From positions 992,001-1,056,000 of the forward strand of contig CBDCSU010000004.1 of assembly GCA_965221775.1 (NCBI GenBank): a stretch of DNA of 64,000 nt, in the 5' to 3' direction. The notes beneath the pieces are model-generated. The model was not told the origin of the DNA, made no database searches, and saw nothing but the letters and a program-made list of their open reading frames with translations. The stretch is from Candidatus Latescibacterota bacterium (GTDB lineage: Bacteria > Latescibacterota > UBA2968 > UBA8231). Below are positions 29,736 to 38,483 of this stretch, piece after piece; positions within the stretch are counted from its first letter, which is position 1; each line of letters opens with the position of its first letter. The position numbers and the translations under genes were made by a program.

Positions 29736-30613
29736 CAGCTCCCTTGCCTCCGGGCTCGCAGGCCGAGCCACTCCCCCTTGGTCCAACTTTGGTCGACGCG
29801 CAGGCCAACGGCGAGGAGCCAGTCCTCGAAACCTGACCTCTCGTTGACGACCAGACCCGAGAACAGAGCGGCGCCGGCGGCGGTCAAGGAAGAGGCGATG
29901 GCGGGCAGCAAGGGACGGACCAGGTGGCTCTCGAGATTGGCCACCACCAGGTGGAAGGCTTCCTCCGAGGCCGCCTCCACACTGCCGCGGCAGACCCTCG
30001 CCCGGCCGGCGTCCCTTCCCAGGTTCTCGCGCAGGTTGTGCCTGGCGTTGTCCACCGCCACGGGGTCGGTGTCGACAGCTGTCACCCGGCGGGCGCCGAG
30101 GAGGATGGCGGCGATGGACAGCACCCCGCTGCCGGCGCCGACATCGAGACAGGAGCGATCCTCGCAGCCCGTCTCCTGCAGGGCCCGCAAGGCCAGTTGG
30201 GTCGACTCGTGTCCGCCCGTGCCGAAGGCCATGGCCGGATCGATGGCGATGGCGATCTGACCGGGGCCGGTGTCGACGGGAAGCCAGGGCGGGTGCACGA
30301 CGATCCGTTCGGTGGCCCACTGCGGGCGGTAGAAGCGCCGCCAGCCCTCGCTCCAGTCCCGCTCGGGCTCGACATCCAGGGCCATGGGGAACTCCCCGGA
30401 GAGGCCGTCCGGAAGGCCGCTCCGCAGTCGGCGGCCCAGCCCCTGGAGGTCCGCGGAACCCTCGAAGTAGACGGTGAGCCTCGTCCCCTCACCCCGCTCC
30501 TCGGCGTGGACACCGCAACTGCCGAACTCGAAGCAGAGGGCCGCTACCTCGTCGCTGGCGCCGGACGGGACATCGATGGCGACACGGTGCCAACTGCGGG
30601 CCTCGGCTTCCAT
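29735..30613 (-). CDS. prmA: Ribosomal protein L11 methyltransferase
   Basis: DWSEGWRRF, IDPAMAFGTGGHEST, LDVGAGSGVLSI, VVANL. Confidence 0.95.
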   Translation of the reverse strand: MEAEARSWHRVAIDVPSGASDEVAALCFEFGSCGVHAEERGEGTRLTVYFEGSADLQGLGRRLRSGLPDGLSGEFPMALDVEPERDWSEGWRRFYRPQWATERIVVHPPWLPVDTGPGQIAIAIDPAMAFGTGGHESTQLALRALQETGCEDRSCLDVGAGSGVLSIAAILLGARRVTAVDTDPVAVDNARHNLRENLGRDAGRARVCRGSVEAASEEAFHLVVANLESHLVRPLLPAIASSLTAAGAALFSGLVVNERSGFEDWLLAVGLRVDQSWTKGEWLGLRARRQGS

Positions 30614-30619
30614 GGCGGC

Positions 30620-31015
30620 TCAGGACCCGGACCAGCTCAGTCGCTGCAGCGCCGGCCGCAGCGACCCGGGCGCGGGTGGGCAGCCGGTCACGTAGGCGTC
30701 CACGGGGATGACCGAATCCGCCGGCATCACCTCGTCGGTGTCGTAGGCCCCGCCGGAGCACGCGCATGTCCCGAAGGCGATCGCCCGCGCCGGCCGGGGC
30801 ATGGACTCGAAGGCGTGCAGCAGGTGGGGGGCAAGGGCGCGGGTGACGCGGCCGGCGATGACGATGGCGTCGGCGCGGGAGGGATCGTGGACAAGGCGCA
30901 GGCCGAAGCGGCCCAAGTCGTGGGGGGGAGCGAAGAGGGCGGCCAGATCGGCGGCACAGCAACTGGTGCCGAAGGGCAGGAGCCAGATCGACCGGGAGCG
31001 CGCCCAGCCCCGCAT
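30620..31015 (-). CDS. Stand-alone NuoB-like [4Fe-4S] protein (131 aa)
   Basis: GTSCC, DLGRFG, PSRAD, FGTCACSGG, PVDAYVTGCPP; ATG overlaps mrp stop. Confidence 0.8.
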   Translation of the reverse strand: MRGWARSRSIWLLPFGTSCCAADLAALFAPPHDLGRFGLRLVHDPSRADAIVIAGRVTRALAPHLLHAFESMPRPARAIAFGTCACSGGAYDTDEVMPADSVIPVDAYVTGCPPAPGSLRPALQRLSWSGS

Positions 31016-31818
31016 CAGGACAGGCTCTCCAGGACCCGGATCAGGCCGGCGGCGACGGTGTCGAAGGCCCGGGCCCGCGCGGAGTCCGGCTGCGCCAGCA
31101 TCAGCGGCTGACCCCGGTCGCCCGCCTCGCGTATCTCGCCGTCGAGGGGGATCTCTCCGAGAAAGGGCGCCTCGAGGCGCTCGGCGGCCTCCCGTCCCCC
31201 CCCGTGGCCGAAGATCTCGTGCCGGGCGTCGCAGTGGGGGCAGAGGTACCAGCTCATGTTCTCCACCAGCCCCAGGATGTCGACCTCGACCTTGTCGAAC
31301 ATCGCCATCCCGCGCTCCACGTCCTGGAGGGCCACGCCCTGGGGCGTGGTGACCACGACGGCGCCGCTGAGGGCGACCACCTGGCTCAGGGTGAGGGCGA
31401 TGTCGCCCGTGCCGGGGGGCATGTCGACGAGGAGGAAGTCGAGTTCCCCCCAGTCGACCTGCTGCAGGAACTGCTGAACGGCCTGCCCGAGAAGAGGGCC
31501 GCGCCAGATGACCGGAGCCTCCCGCCGGGTGAGAAAGCCCATGGACATCATGGCCAGGCCGTGGGCCTGGAGAGGCTGGATGCGGTCGCCGTCGCCGACT
31601 GCCGGTTCTTCCCGCACCCCCGTGAGCACGGGCAGGCTGGGACCGTAGATGTCGGCGTCCAGCAGACCGATCCGGGCTCCGCGGGCGCACAAGGCCAGGG
31701 CCACGTTGAGGGCCACGGTGGACTTGCCGACACCCCCCTTGGCGGAGGAGAAGGCCACCGCGTTCGCCACTCCCGGAAGTGTCGTGGAATCCTCTGGCAG
31801 GGTCCGCGGGAAAGCCAT
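31015..31818 (-). CDS. mrp: Mrp/ApbC/NBP35 Fe-S carrier ATPase
   Basis: KGGVGKST, DADIYGPS, WRGP, DMPPGTGD, VENMS, CPHC; lacks N-terminal DUF59 domain. Confidence 0.93.
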   Translation of the reverse strand: MAFPRTLPEDSTTLPGVANAVAFSSAKGGVGKSTVALNVALALCARGARIGLLDADIYGPSLPVLTGVREEPAVGDGDRIQPLQAHGLAMMSMGFLTRREAPVIWRGPLLGQAVQQFLQQVDWGELDFLLVDMPPGTGDIALTLSQVVALSGAVVVTTPQGVALQDVERGMAMFDKVEVDILGLVENMSWYLCPHCDARHEIFGHGGGREAAERLEAPFLGEIPLDGEIREAGDRGQPLMLAQPDSARARAFDTVAAGLIRVLESLS

Positions 31819-31847
31819 CGTCACACCCGTGGGGAGCCCTCGCGGCC

Positions 31848-32990
31848 TCAGCCGAAGGCTCTCAGCATGCGGTCGAAGAGACCCTTGCCCTCGCTCTCGG
31901 CGCGTCTCCTCTGGATCTTCTCCAGTTGCTCGAAGAGACGCCGCTCCTCGGCGCCCAGATGGGTGGGCGTCCATACCAGGACCTCGACGAGCTGATCGCC
32001 GCAACCGCGCCCGTCGACATCGGGAATCCCCTTCTGCCGGAGGCGGAAGACATGTCCGGACTGGGTGCCCTCGGGAATCTTCATCCGCACCTCGCCGTGC
32101 AGGGTGGGCACGGCCACCGAGTCGCCGAGGGCCGCCTGGCCGATGGTGATCGGCAGCCGGAAGAGAATGTCGTTCCCCTCGCGGGAGAAGTGCTCGTGCT
32201 CCTCTTCCTCGATGAAGACGAGGCAGTCTCCCGGCGGACCCCCGCGCGGACCCACGTCGCCCTGACCGCGCAGGGGGATGTAGTTGCCGGTGGTGACCCC
32301 GGCGGGAATGCGCACGGTGATCGTCGACGTGTCGCGCACGCGGCCCTCGCCCCTGCAGTCGCGGCAAGGATCGGCCACGGTCCGGCCTTCGCCGCCGCAG
32401 GCGGGGCAGGCGGTGACGGTGACGGACTGTCCGAAGAAGGAGCGCGACACCTGCTGCACCTGGCCCATGCCGTTGCAGGTGGCGCAGATGCTGGCGCCGG
32501 AGCCGGCCGCGGCCCCGCTCCCCTCGCAGGCGGGGCAGCGCTGCTGACGAGTCAGGTTGATCTTCTTCTCGGCGCCGGTGGCCACCTCCTCGAGGGTGAG
32601 CTGGAGGGCGATGCGCAGATCCCTGCCCTTCGGGGGGCCGGAAGGACCTCGGGCCCGCCGCCGGCCACCGCCGAAGATTCCGCCGAAGAAATCGCCGAGG
32701 ATGTCCTCCACGTCGGTGGCGTGGGTGAAGTCCGACCACTGGAAGCCGCCGCTGCCGAAGTTGCCCTCCACGCCGGCGTGCCCGAAGCGGTCGTACTTCT
32801 GCCGCTTCTCCGAGTCGCTGAGGATCTCGTAGGCCTCGGAGGCCTCCTTGAAGCTCGCCTCCGCCTCGCCGTCGCCCGGATTGCGGTCGGGGTGGTACTT
32901 CAGCGCCAGCCTTCGGTAGGCGCTCTTGATCTGGTCCTCCCCCGCGTCCCGTTCGAGCCCGAGGACTTCGTAGTAGTCGCGCTTCGCCAT
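31848..32990 (-). CDS. dnaJ: Chaperone DnaJ
   Basis: J domain with HPD, G/F region, four CxxCxGxG repeats. Confidence 0.98.
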   Translation of the reverse strand: MAKRDYYEVLGLERDAGEDQIKSAYRRLALKYHPDRNPGDGEAEASFKEASEAYEILSDSEKRQKYDRFGHAGVEGNFGSGGFQWSDFTHATDVEDILGDFFGGIFGGGRRRARGPSGPPKGRDLRIALQLTLEEVATGAEKKINLTRQQRCPACEGSGAAAGSGASICATCNGMGQVQQVSRSFFGQSVTVTACPACGGEGRTVADPCRDCRGEGRVRDTSTITVRIPAGVTTGNYIPLRGQGDVGPRGGPPGDCLVFIEEEEHEHFSREGNDILFRLPITIGQAALGDSVAVPTLHGEVRMKIPEGTQSGHVFRLRQKGIPDVDGRGCGDQLVEVLVWTPTHLGAEERRLFEQLEKIQRRRAESEGKGLFDRMLRAFG

Positions 32991-33003
32991 TCGATCTCGC
33001 CCG

Positions 33004-33672
33004 CTACCCTTCGTCCTCGGCTCCCTCGTCGCGGCCGCCCTCGCCGTCCCGGCCTCCCGACCCGGCCTCGGAGGAACCCTCGTCCACCGGCGCCGTGCTG
33101 ACCACGACCCTGGACGGACGGATCACGCGGCCATTGAGCTTGTAGCCCTTCTCCATCTCCTGCATCACCGTTCCGGGAGGATGCTCTTCGGAGGGTATCT
33201 GCAGCATGGCCTCGTGCTGGTTGGGATCGAAGCCCTGTCCCTCCGCCTCGATCTCCTCGAGACCGTATCCGGAGAGGATCTCGTTGAACTGCCGGAAGAT
33301 GATCTCGATGCCCTCGCGCAAGGCCGCCGGATCGGATGCCTCCTGCCCCAGGGCGCGGCGGAAGTTGTCGAGGAGGGGGGCCACCTGCAGGAGCATGTCG
33401 CGCAGGGTGTCGTCCCGGGTCTCGGCGCGGATCCTGACGGTGCGCTTGCGGAAGTTGTCGAGCTCGGCGGCGGTCCTGAGGTAGCGGTTCTGGTTCTCTT
33501 CGGCCTCCGCCAGGGCGCGCTCGAGGTCGGTCGGCTCGGCCTCGACCTCCGCCTCTTCCGGCGCCGGCTCGGCCGCCTCTTCCTCGGACGCCTCCACCGC
33601 GGGGGCCTCGGGTCCCGCCTCAGGCGGGACGTCGGGCTCTTCGTCGGGCTGGTCCTTCACTTCTCGACTCAT
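33004..33672 (-). CDS. grpE: Nucleotide exchange factor GrpE
   Basis: AELDNFRKR, FDPNQHEA, KGYKLNGRVIRPSRVVV. Confidence 0.97.
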   Translation of the reverse strand: MSREVKDQPDEEPDVPPEAGPEAPAVEASEEEAAEPAPEEAEVEAEPTDLERALAEAEENQNRYLRTAAELDNFRKRTVRIRAETRDDTLRDMLLQVAPLLDNFRRALGQEASDPAALREGIEIIFRQFNEILSGYGLEEIEAEGQGFDPNQHEAMLQIPSEEHPPGTVMQEMEKGYKLNGRVIRPSRVVVSTAPVDEGSSEAGSGGRDGEGGRDEGAEDEG

Positions 33673-33757
33673 GGATGATCGCCCTCGATGGTTGCAGCGG
33701 CGGCGCACGGGGACGCCGACCGCCCGGTGCAGCGGTCCCTCCCGGAGGCGCGGGGCT

Positions 33758-34774
33758 TCAGGAGACCAGCTCCGGCGCCCTCGACGCGGTGTAGTTCACC
33801 AGCGCCATGACGCGGTCGTAGGGCATGCGCGCCGGCCCCATGACGCCGATGACGCCGACGGCGCCGTGGACCTCGTAGCTCGCCGTCACCAACCCGCACA
33901 GGCGGAGCCCCTGGGGGTCGTGCTCCTCGCCGATGGTGACGACCACCCCTTCGCGGTCGGAGAGCAGACCGGCCAGCTCGTCGCGGTGCTCCACCAGGTC
34001 CATCAGCTCGGCCACGTCCAGGGCGTCCCGGAACTCCGGCTGCGCGCAGATGTGGCGCGCCCCGGCCACGTGCAGGGCGGGTCCGGCGGGCGACGACATG
34101 GACTCGAGCTGCTCGATCACCTGGCGCAGCAGGTCCTGCTGCCCCCTGGCCATGTCACCGAAGCGCTCGCGGACGGTCTCGCGCACCTCGGCCAGGGTCA
34201 GGCCCGCGAGGCGCTCGTTGAGGCGCGTGGAGACGCCGACCACCTCGCCGGGGTCGACGCTGGAGCCGACCTCGATCACCAGGCTGTGGACCGGCCCCGT
34301 CTCGAGGGAGACCACCAGCAGCAGGCGGCCCCCGGCCAGGCGCATGAGCTCGAGCCGCTGCAGGCGCACCTGCTCGAAGGCGGGCGCCAGAACAAGCCCC
34401 AACTGCATCGACAGGTCGCCGATGATCCCGGCCAGCTGTCCGTGGATCTCGTCGGCCGAGAGCTGCTGCAGCCTGGCCTCGAGCTGACGCCGCAGGACGC
34501 CGATGTGCGTGAGGTCCTGACCGTCGAGGGCGTGGGAGGCGTAGAACCGGTAGGCCCTGTTCGTGGGAAGCCTGCCGGCCGAGGTGTGGGGCTGCCGGAG
34601 GAAGCCCTTCTCCTCGAGGCTGACCAGTATCTTGCGGATGGTGGCGGGGCTGACCTCGAGACTCTCACGCTCGAGCAGGCCGGCCGAGCCCACGGGGCTG
34701 CCGACCTCGACGTGGACGCGCACCAGAGCGGCGAGGATGGTCTCCTCGCGGGGGGTCAGAAGCTCTCCCGGCAA
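33758..34774 (-). CDS. hrcA: Heat-inducible transcription repressor
   Basis: PVGS, SPATIR, QPHTSAGRLPT, IGEE, GVIGVMGPARMPY. Confidence 0.95.
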   Translation of the reverse strand: MPGELLTPREETILAALVRVHVEVGSPVGSAGLLERESLEVSPATIRKILVSLEEKGFLRQPHTSAGRLPTNRAYRFYASHALDGQDLTHIGVLRRQLEARLQQLSADEIHGQLAGIIGDLSMQLGLVLAPAFEQVRLQRLELMRLAGGRLLLVVSLETGPVHSLVIEVGSSVDPGEVVGVSTRLNERLAGLTLAEVRETVRERFGDMARGQQDLLRQVIEQLESMSSPAGPALHVAGARHICAQPEFRDALDVAELMDLVEHRDELAGLLSDREGVVVTIGEEHDPQGLRLCGLVTASYEVHGAVGVIGVMGPARMPYDRVMALVNYTASRAPELVS

Positions 34775-34924
34775 GAGGCGCAGGTCCCTGTCTGCGATTC
34801 CCCTCCGTGGTCGGAGGCCGCGCGGCCCCGGGCGCGGTCGCCCGGGGGGCGGGCAGAGGGCTGCGCCACCGGCCTGACCGTGGGAAGGTTGTATGGGAGG
34901 GAGGCCATCTCGATCGAAATCGTG

Positions 34925-34952
34925 AAGGTAGGTTCGAGCCGCACCCTGTCAA
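34925..34952 (-). promoter_or_regulatory. Putative sigma70-type promoter of hrcA operon
   Basis: TTGACA-N16-TACCTT. Confidence 0.55.
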
Positions 34953-35120
34953 CCCGCCTGCAGGAGTCGCCGCGAGGCGATCCTCGGCAGCCCCTCCCGG
35001 GCTGGAAGGACCTCCGGCGGCGATCCCGGATCCCCTCCGCGCCGGTTGCCGATGCCCCGCCTCGTGCCGAACTTTCCGCCGACCCACCAGGAGTGGATCT
35101 CCCCATCCCAAGGAGCGACC

Positions 35121-36068
35121 GTGTCCTTTCCACGTGCCTTGCCCGGGTTCCTCGCCGCCAGCCTGATCGCCTCCAGCTTCGCGGCCCGGGAGGCCGCCGC
35201 CGCCGAGGAGCCGTCCGGCGTCTTCAGCGAATCCCCCCTCCCCCACTACATGGTGCGCCAGGCCGGCGGAGAGATCTCCGTCGACGGCCGTCTCGACGAG
35301 TTCGACTGGGCCGCGGCGCCCCAGATCGACGCCTTCACCCGCATCCTCAACGACTACGGGCGCATCGCCAATCCCACGCGGGCGCGGATGCTCTGGGACG
35401 ACGAGGCCCTCTACGTCGCCTACGCCTGCCGCGACGCCGACATGTGGGCCCTCTTCACCGAGGAAGACGACCCCATGTGGTCGGAGGAGGTCGTCGAGGT
35501 CTTCATCGATCCCGACGGCGACGGACTCGACTACCTCGAGCTCGAGGTCAACCCCCTCAACGCCGTCGTCGACCTCCACATCGGCCGGATCCACCCCGAG
35601 TGGGTCTCCGACAAGGACTGGGACATCCTCGGGCTGGAGACGGCCGTTCAGGCGGTGGGCACGGTGAACGACAGCACCGACGTCGATGGCGGATGGACGG
35701 TGGAGATCGCCATCCCGTGGGCGGCCTTCGCGCCGACCATCGCCGGGGGCGGGAAGCCGCGCGTCGGCGACCGCTGGCGGCTGAACCTCTACCGCATCGA
35801 GCGCGGCGCCGGCGCCGGCGTCCGGGCCCGGCTGCGCGAGCTGGGAGAGGCCGTGGCGCGGCTGACCGAGAGGCTGGAAGCCCTTGGCGACGACGGCGAC
35901 CCCGGCGAGCGCTCCCGCCTCGAGGGGGAGATGCGGGTGCTGGAGGCGGAGTCCGAGCCCCTGGGAGAACGCTACCGCCAGGAGACGGAGTACACAGCCT
36001 GGAGCCCCACCTTCCAGAGGGGTTTCCACCATCCCGCCCGCTTCGGCGTGGTGGAGTTCGCGCCGTGA
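35121..36068 (+). CDS. Secreted CBM9-like (DOMON-like) sugar-binding domain protein
   Basis: Signal peptide; VDGRLDEFDW, MLWDDEALYV, VEVFIDPDG, YLELEVNP, WTVEIAIPW, WRLNLYR, WSPT...FHHPARFG; AGGAG RBS. Confidence 0.85.
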   Translation: MSFPRALPGFLAASLIASSFAAREAAAAEEPSGVFSESPLPHYMVRQAGGEISVDGRLDEFDWAAAPQIDAFTRILNDYGRIANPTRARMLWDDEALYVAYACRDADMWALFTEEDDPMWSEEVVEVFIDPDGDGLDYLELEVNPLNAVVDLHIGRIHPEWVSDKDWDILGLETAVQAVGTVNDSTDVDGGWTVEIAIPWAAFAPTIAGGGKPRVGDRWRLNLYRIERGAGAGVRARLRELGEAVARLTERLEALGDDGDPGERSRLEGEMRVLEAESEPLGERYRQETEYTAWSPTFQRGFHHPARFGVVEFAP

Positions 36069-36700
36069 GCCAGGCCCCCCGGGGGAACCTCCGGGCCGGG
36101 GCCGCCCTGTCCGCCCTGGCCCTGCTTCTTTCCGCCCTGCCGGCGGTCCTGCTGCAGGCCGAGGAGGGCGGAACGGCCGCCGCCTCGGCCGGGATGGTCC
36201 GCGTCGGCGACTTCTGGATCGACCGCTACGAATACCCCAACGTGGAGGGAGAGCTGCCCCGCGTGGACGTCACCTGGCGCGAGGCTTCGGATCTGTGCGC
36301 CGCCCGGGGCCGGCGCCTGTGCACGGAGCGCGAGTGGGAGCTGGCCTGCCGGGGCCCGAGGAACTTCGTCTACGGCTACGGTCCCGACTTCGAGCCGGAG
36401 CGCTGCAACACCCCCTTCCTCGGCGCCGGCGGGACCTGGGTGCGCGACCGGGGAACGGCCCCGAGCGGAGCCCACGACGGCTGCGGCAACGACTACGGCG
36501 TCCGCGACATGATCGGCAACGTGTGGGAGTGGACGGACGGATGGTACGACGCCGGGAGCGGATGGCGCGTGGTCCGCGGGGGGTCCTGGTTCCACAGCGC
36601 CAACTACGCCCGCGCCGACGCGCGCTACGGCCGCCTCCTCGACGAGAGCTACAGCCTCGACCTCATCGGCTTCCGTTGCTGCCGGTCGGCCGGGCCATGA
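36065..36700 (+). CDS. Secreted FGE-sulfatase (SUMF1/EgtB/PvdO) domain protein
   Basis: IDRYEYPN, RRLCTEREWELAC, DMIGNVWEW, RGGSW, IGFRCC. Confidence 0.88.
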   Translation: MSQAPRGNLRAGAALSALALLLSALPAVLLQAEEGGTAAASAGMVRVGDFWIDRYEYPNVEGELPRVDVTWREASDLCAARGRRLCTEREWELACRGPRNFVYGYGPDFEPERCNTPFLGAGGTWVRDRGTAPSGAHDGCGNDYGVRDMIGNVWEWTDGWYDAGSGWRVVRGGSWFHSANYARADARYGRLLDESYSLDLIGFRCCRSAGP

Positions 36701-37191
36701 CTCCGGCCCCCGAACCCGGAGTCGGCATCCGTCCCTACCGATCCGCCGATCTGGAGCGCCTGAAGGAGATCACCGCCATCTGCTTTGAAGGCGTGTCGAT
36801 CGACCGCAACATCGAGCAGATGTTCGGCCTCATGGGCGGCCGCGACTGGCGGTTCCGCAAGCTGCGCCACATCGACGCCGACGTGGCCGGGGAGAACGGC
36901 CGCGGCGTCTTCGTCTACGAGGACGGCGGCGAGATCGTCGGATACATCACCACGCGGATCGACGGCGCCTCCCGGATCGGCCACATTCCGAACACGGCGG
37001 TCCACCCGGACCACCAGGGCCGCGGCATCGGCCGGCGTCTGATGGAGCACGCCATCGAGTTCCTGCGCGCCGAGGGGATGGAGGCCGTCCGGATCGAGAC
37101 CCTGGAGCAGAACCCGGTCGGCGCCCGCTTCTACCCGGACGTGGGGTTCCAGGAAGTGGCCCGCCAGATCCACTACGTCATGCGCCTCTGA
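36697..37191 (+). CDS. GNAT-family N-acetyltransferase
   Basis: AVHPDHQGRGIGRRL, N..GARFY...GF. Confidence 0.9.
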   Translation: MTPAPEPGVGIRPYRSADLERLKEITAICFEGVSIDRNIEQMFGLMGGRDWRFRKLRHIDADVAGENGRGVFVYEDGGEIVGYITTRIDGASRIGHIPNTAVHPDHQGRGIGRRLMEHAIEFLRAEGMEAVRIETLEQNPVGARFYPDVGFQEVARQIHYVMRL

Positions 37192-37199
37192 GGGACGGG

Positions 37200-37889
37200 A
37201 TGTCCGATCGCGACAAGGAGCTGGCCGCCCGCCGGGCCGTGGATTACGTCGTCGACGGCATGGTGGTCGGCCTCGGGACGGGCTCGACGGCGGACTTCGC
37301 CATCCGCGCCCTTGGCGAGCGGGCCCGGTCGGAAGGTCTCGACATCCGGTGCGTGCCCACCTCCCTGGCCTCGGCCCGACTCGGGGAACAGGTCGGTCTC
37401 GACATCCGCAGCCTCGAGGACTGTCCGGCCATCGATCTGACCATCGACGGCGCCGACGAGGTCGATCCCCGCCTCGACCTGATCAAGGGCCTCGGGGGCG
37501 CGCTGCTGCGCGAGAAGATCGTCGCCGGCGCCAGCGCCCGGGTGGTCGTCATCGTCGACGCCTCCAAGCGGGTCGAGCGCCTCGGCACGCGGTCGCCCCT
37601 GCCGGTGGAGGTCGTCCCCTTCGCCTGGACCCTGGCCCGCCAGCGCCTGATGGAGCTGGGTCCGCGGGTCGAGCGGCGGCAGGACCCGCAGGGTCAGCCC
37701 TTCGTGACCGACAACGGCAACTACATCCTCGACTGCCGCTTCACCGAGGGCATCGCCGACCCCGGCGGCCTGGAGCCCCAGGTCAACGCGATCCCCGGGG
37801 TGGTGGAGAACGGGTTTTTCATCGGCCTGGTGGACGCCGTCGTCGTGGGCGACCACGGCCGGTACCAGGTGCTGGAGCGCCAAGCCTAG
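37200..37889 (+). CDS. rpiA: Ribose-5-phosphate isomerase A
   Basis: GLGTGST, IDGADEVD, IKGLGGALLREKI, TDNGN, PGVVENG. Confidence 0.97.
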   Translation: MSDRDKELAARRAVDYVVDGMVVGLGTGSTADFAIRALGERARSEGLDIRCVPTSLASARLGEQVGLDIRSLEDCPAIDLTIDGADEVDPRLDLIKGLGGALLREKIVAGASARVVVIVDASKRVERLGTRSPLPVEVVPFAWTLARQRLMELGPRVERRQDPQGQPFVTDNGNYILDCRFTEGIADPGGLEPQVNAIPGVVENGFFIGLVDAVVVGDHGRYQVLERQA

Positions 37890-38305
37890 GGCCTGCGGAC
37901 CCCGATCCCCCGCTCATAGACCAGCGCTCCCCCCTGAAGGCCGGCGGCGAAGAGGAGCCCCAGGGCAACGGCGCCCACCAGCAGCCAGGCCGGCGCCAAG
38001 CCGGCATCCCCGGGGCGCAGAACACCCGGCAACCGGCCCAGGGCCGACGCCAGGTAGAGCAGCAGGGCGAGGGTGGCGTAGTCCTCGTGCTGCTGAATCG
38101 CCGCCGCGTGCACCGAAGCGCGGAAGTCGGCGGCGGCGAGATTGCCGGTTACCACCGCGGCCATGGCGCCCGCGGTGCCGGCCAGGAGCAGCACATAGCC
38201 GAGCCGGTGCCAGGGCCGGCGAGCCACCAGGCCGGCCACGTCGAGGCAGAAGCCGAAGGCGAGAAGGGCCATCGGGAAGTGGACGACGATCGGATGCAGG
38301 GGCAT
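37886..38305 (-). CDS. DUF2231-like membrane protein
   Basis: LHPIVVHFP, four TM segments, GGALVYERGIGV. Confidence 0.8.
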   Translation of the reverse strand: MPLHPIVVHFPMALLAFGFCLDVAGLVARRPWHRLGYVLLLAGTAGAMAAVVTGNLAAADFRASVHAAAIQQHEDYATLALLLYLASALGRLPGVLRPGDAGLAPAWLLVGAVALGLLFAAGLQGGALVYERGIGVRRP

Positions 38306-38361
38306 GGAGGGGGATGGTAGACGGCGCCTCACGGCCCGGCAAGGCGAGCCGGACCGCAGAG

Positions 38362-38391
38362 TTGACCCCTTCCGAAGCGTGCGGCTATCAT
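38362..38391 (+). promoter_or_regulatory. Putative sigma70-type promoter of ilvD
   Basis: TTGACC-N18-TATCAT. Confidence 0.6.
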
Positions 38392-38483
38392 GCCCTCACC
38401 CCACTCCCGGAGTTGCCCCTGCCCATGGCTTCCGATCTGTCCGAGCACATCGAGACGACCCCCCGGGACCAAACAGGAGGTGA

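Noticed and set aside
33673-35050. CIRCE operator near hrcA/grpE
   Set aside because: No match to TTAGCACTC-N9-GAGTGCTAA found by eye, so not reported as a feature
33671-36064. 1009-aa + strand ORF (33671-36700)
   Set aside because: Only the last 211 aa (from GTG 36065) is a real FGE-domain protein; the rest is antisense to hrcA or out of frame with the CBM9 gene, a high-GC artefact
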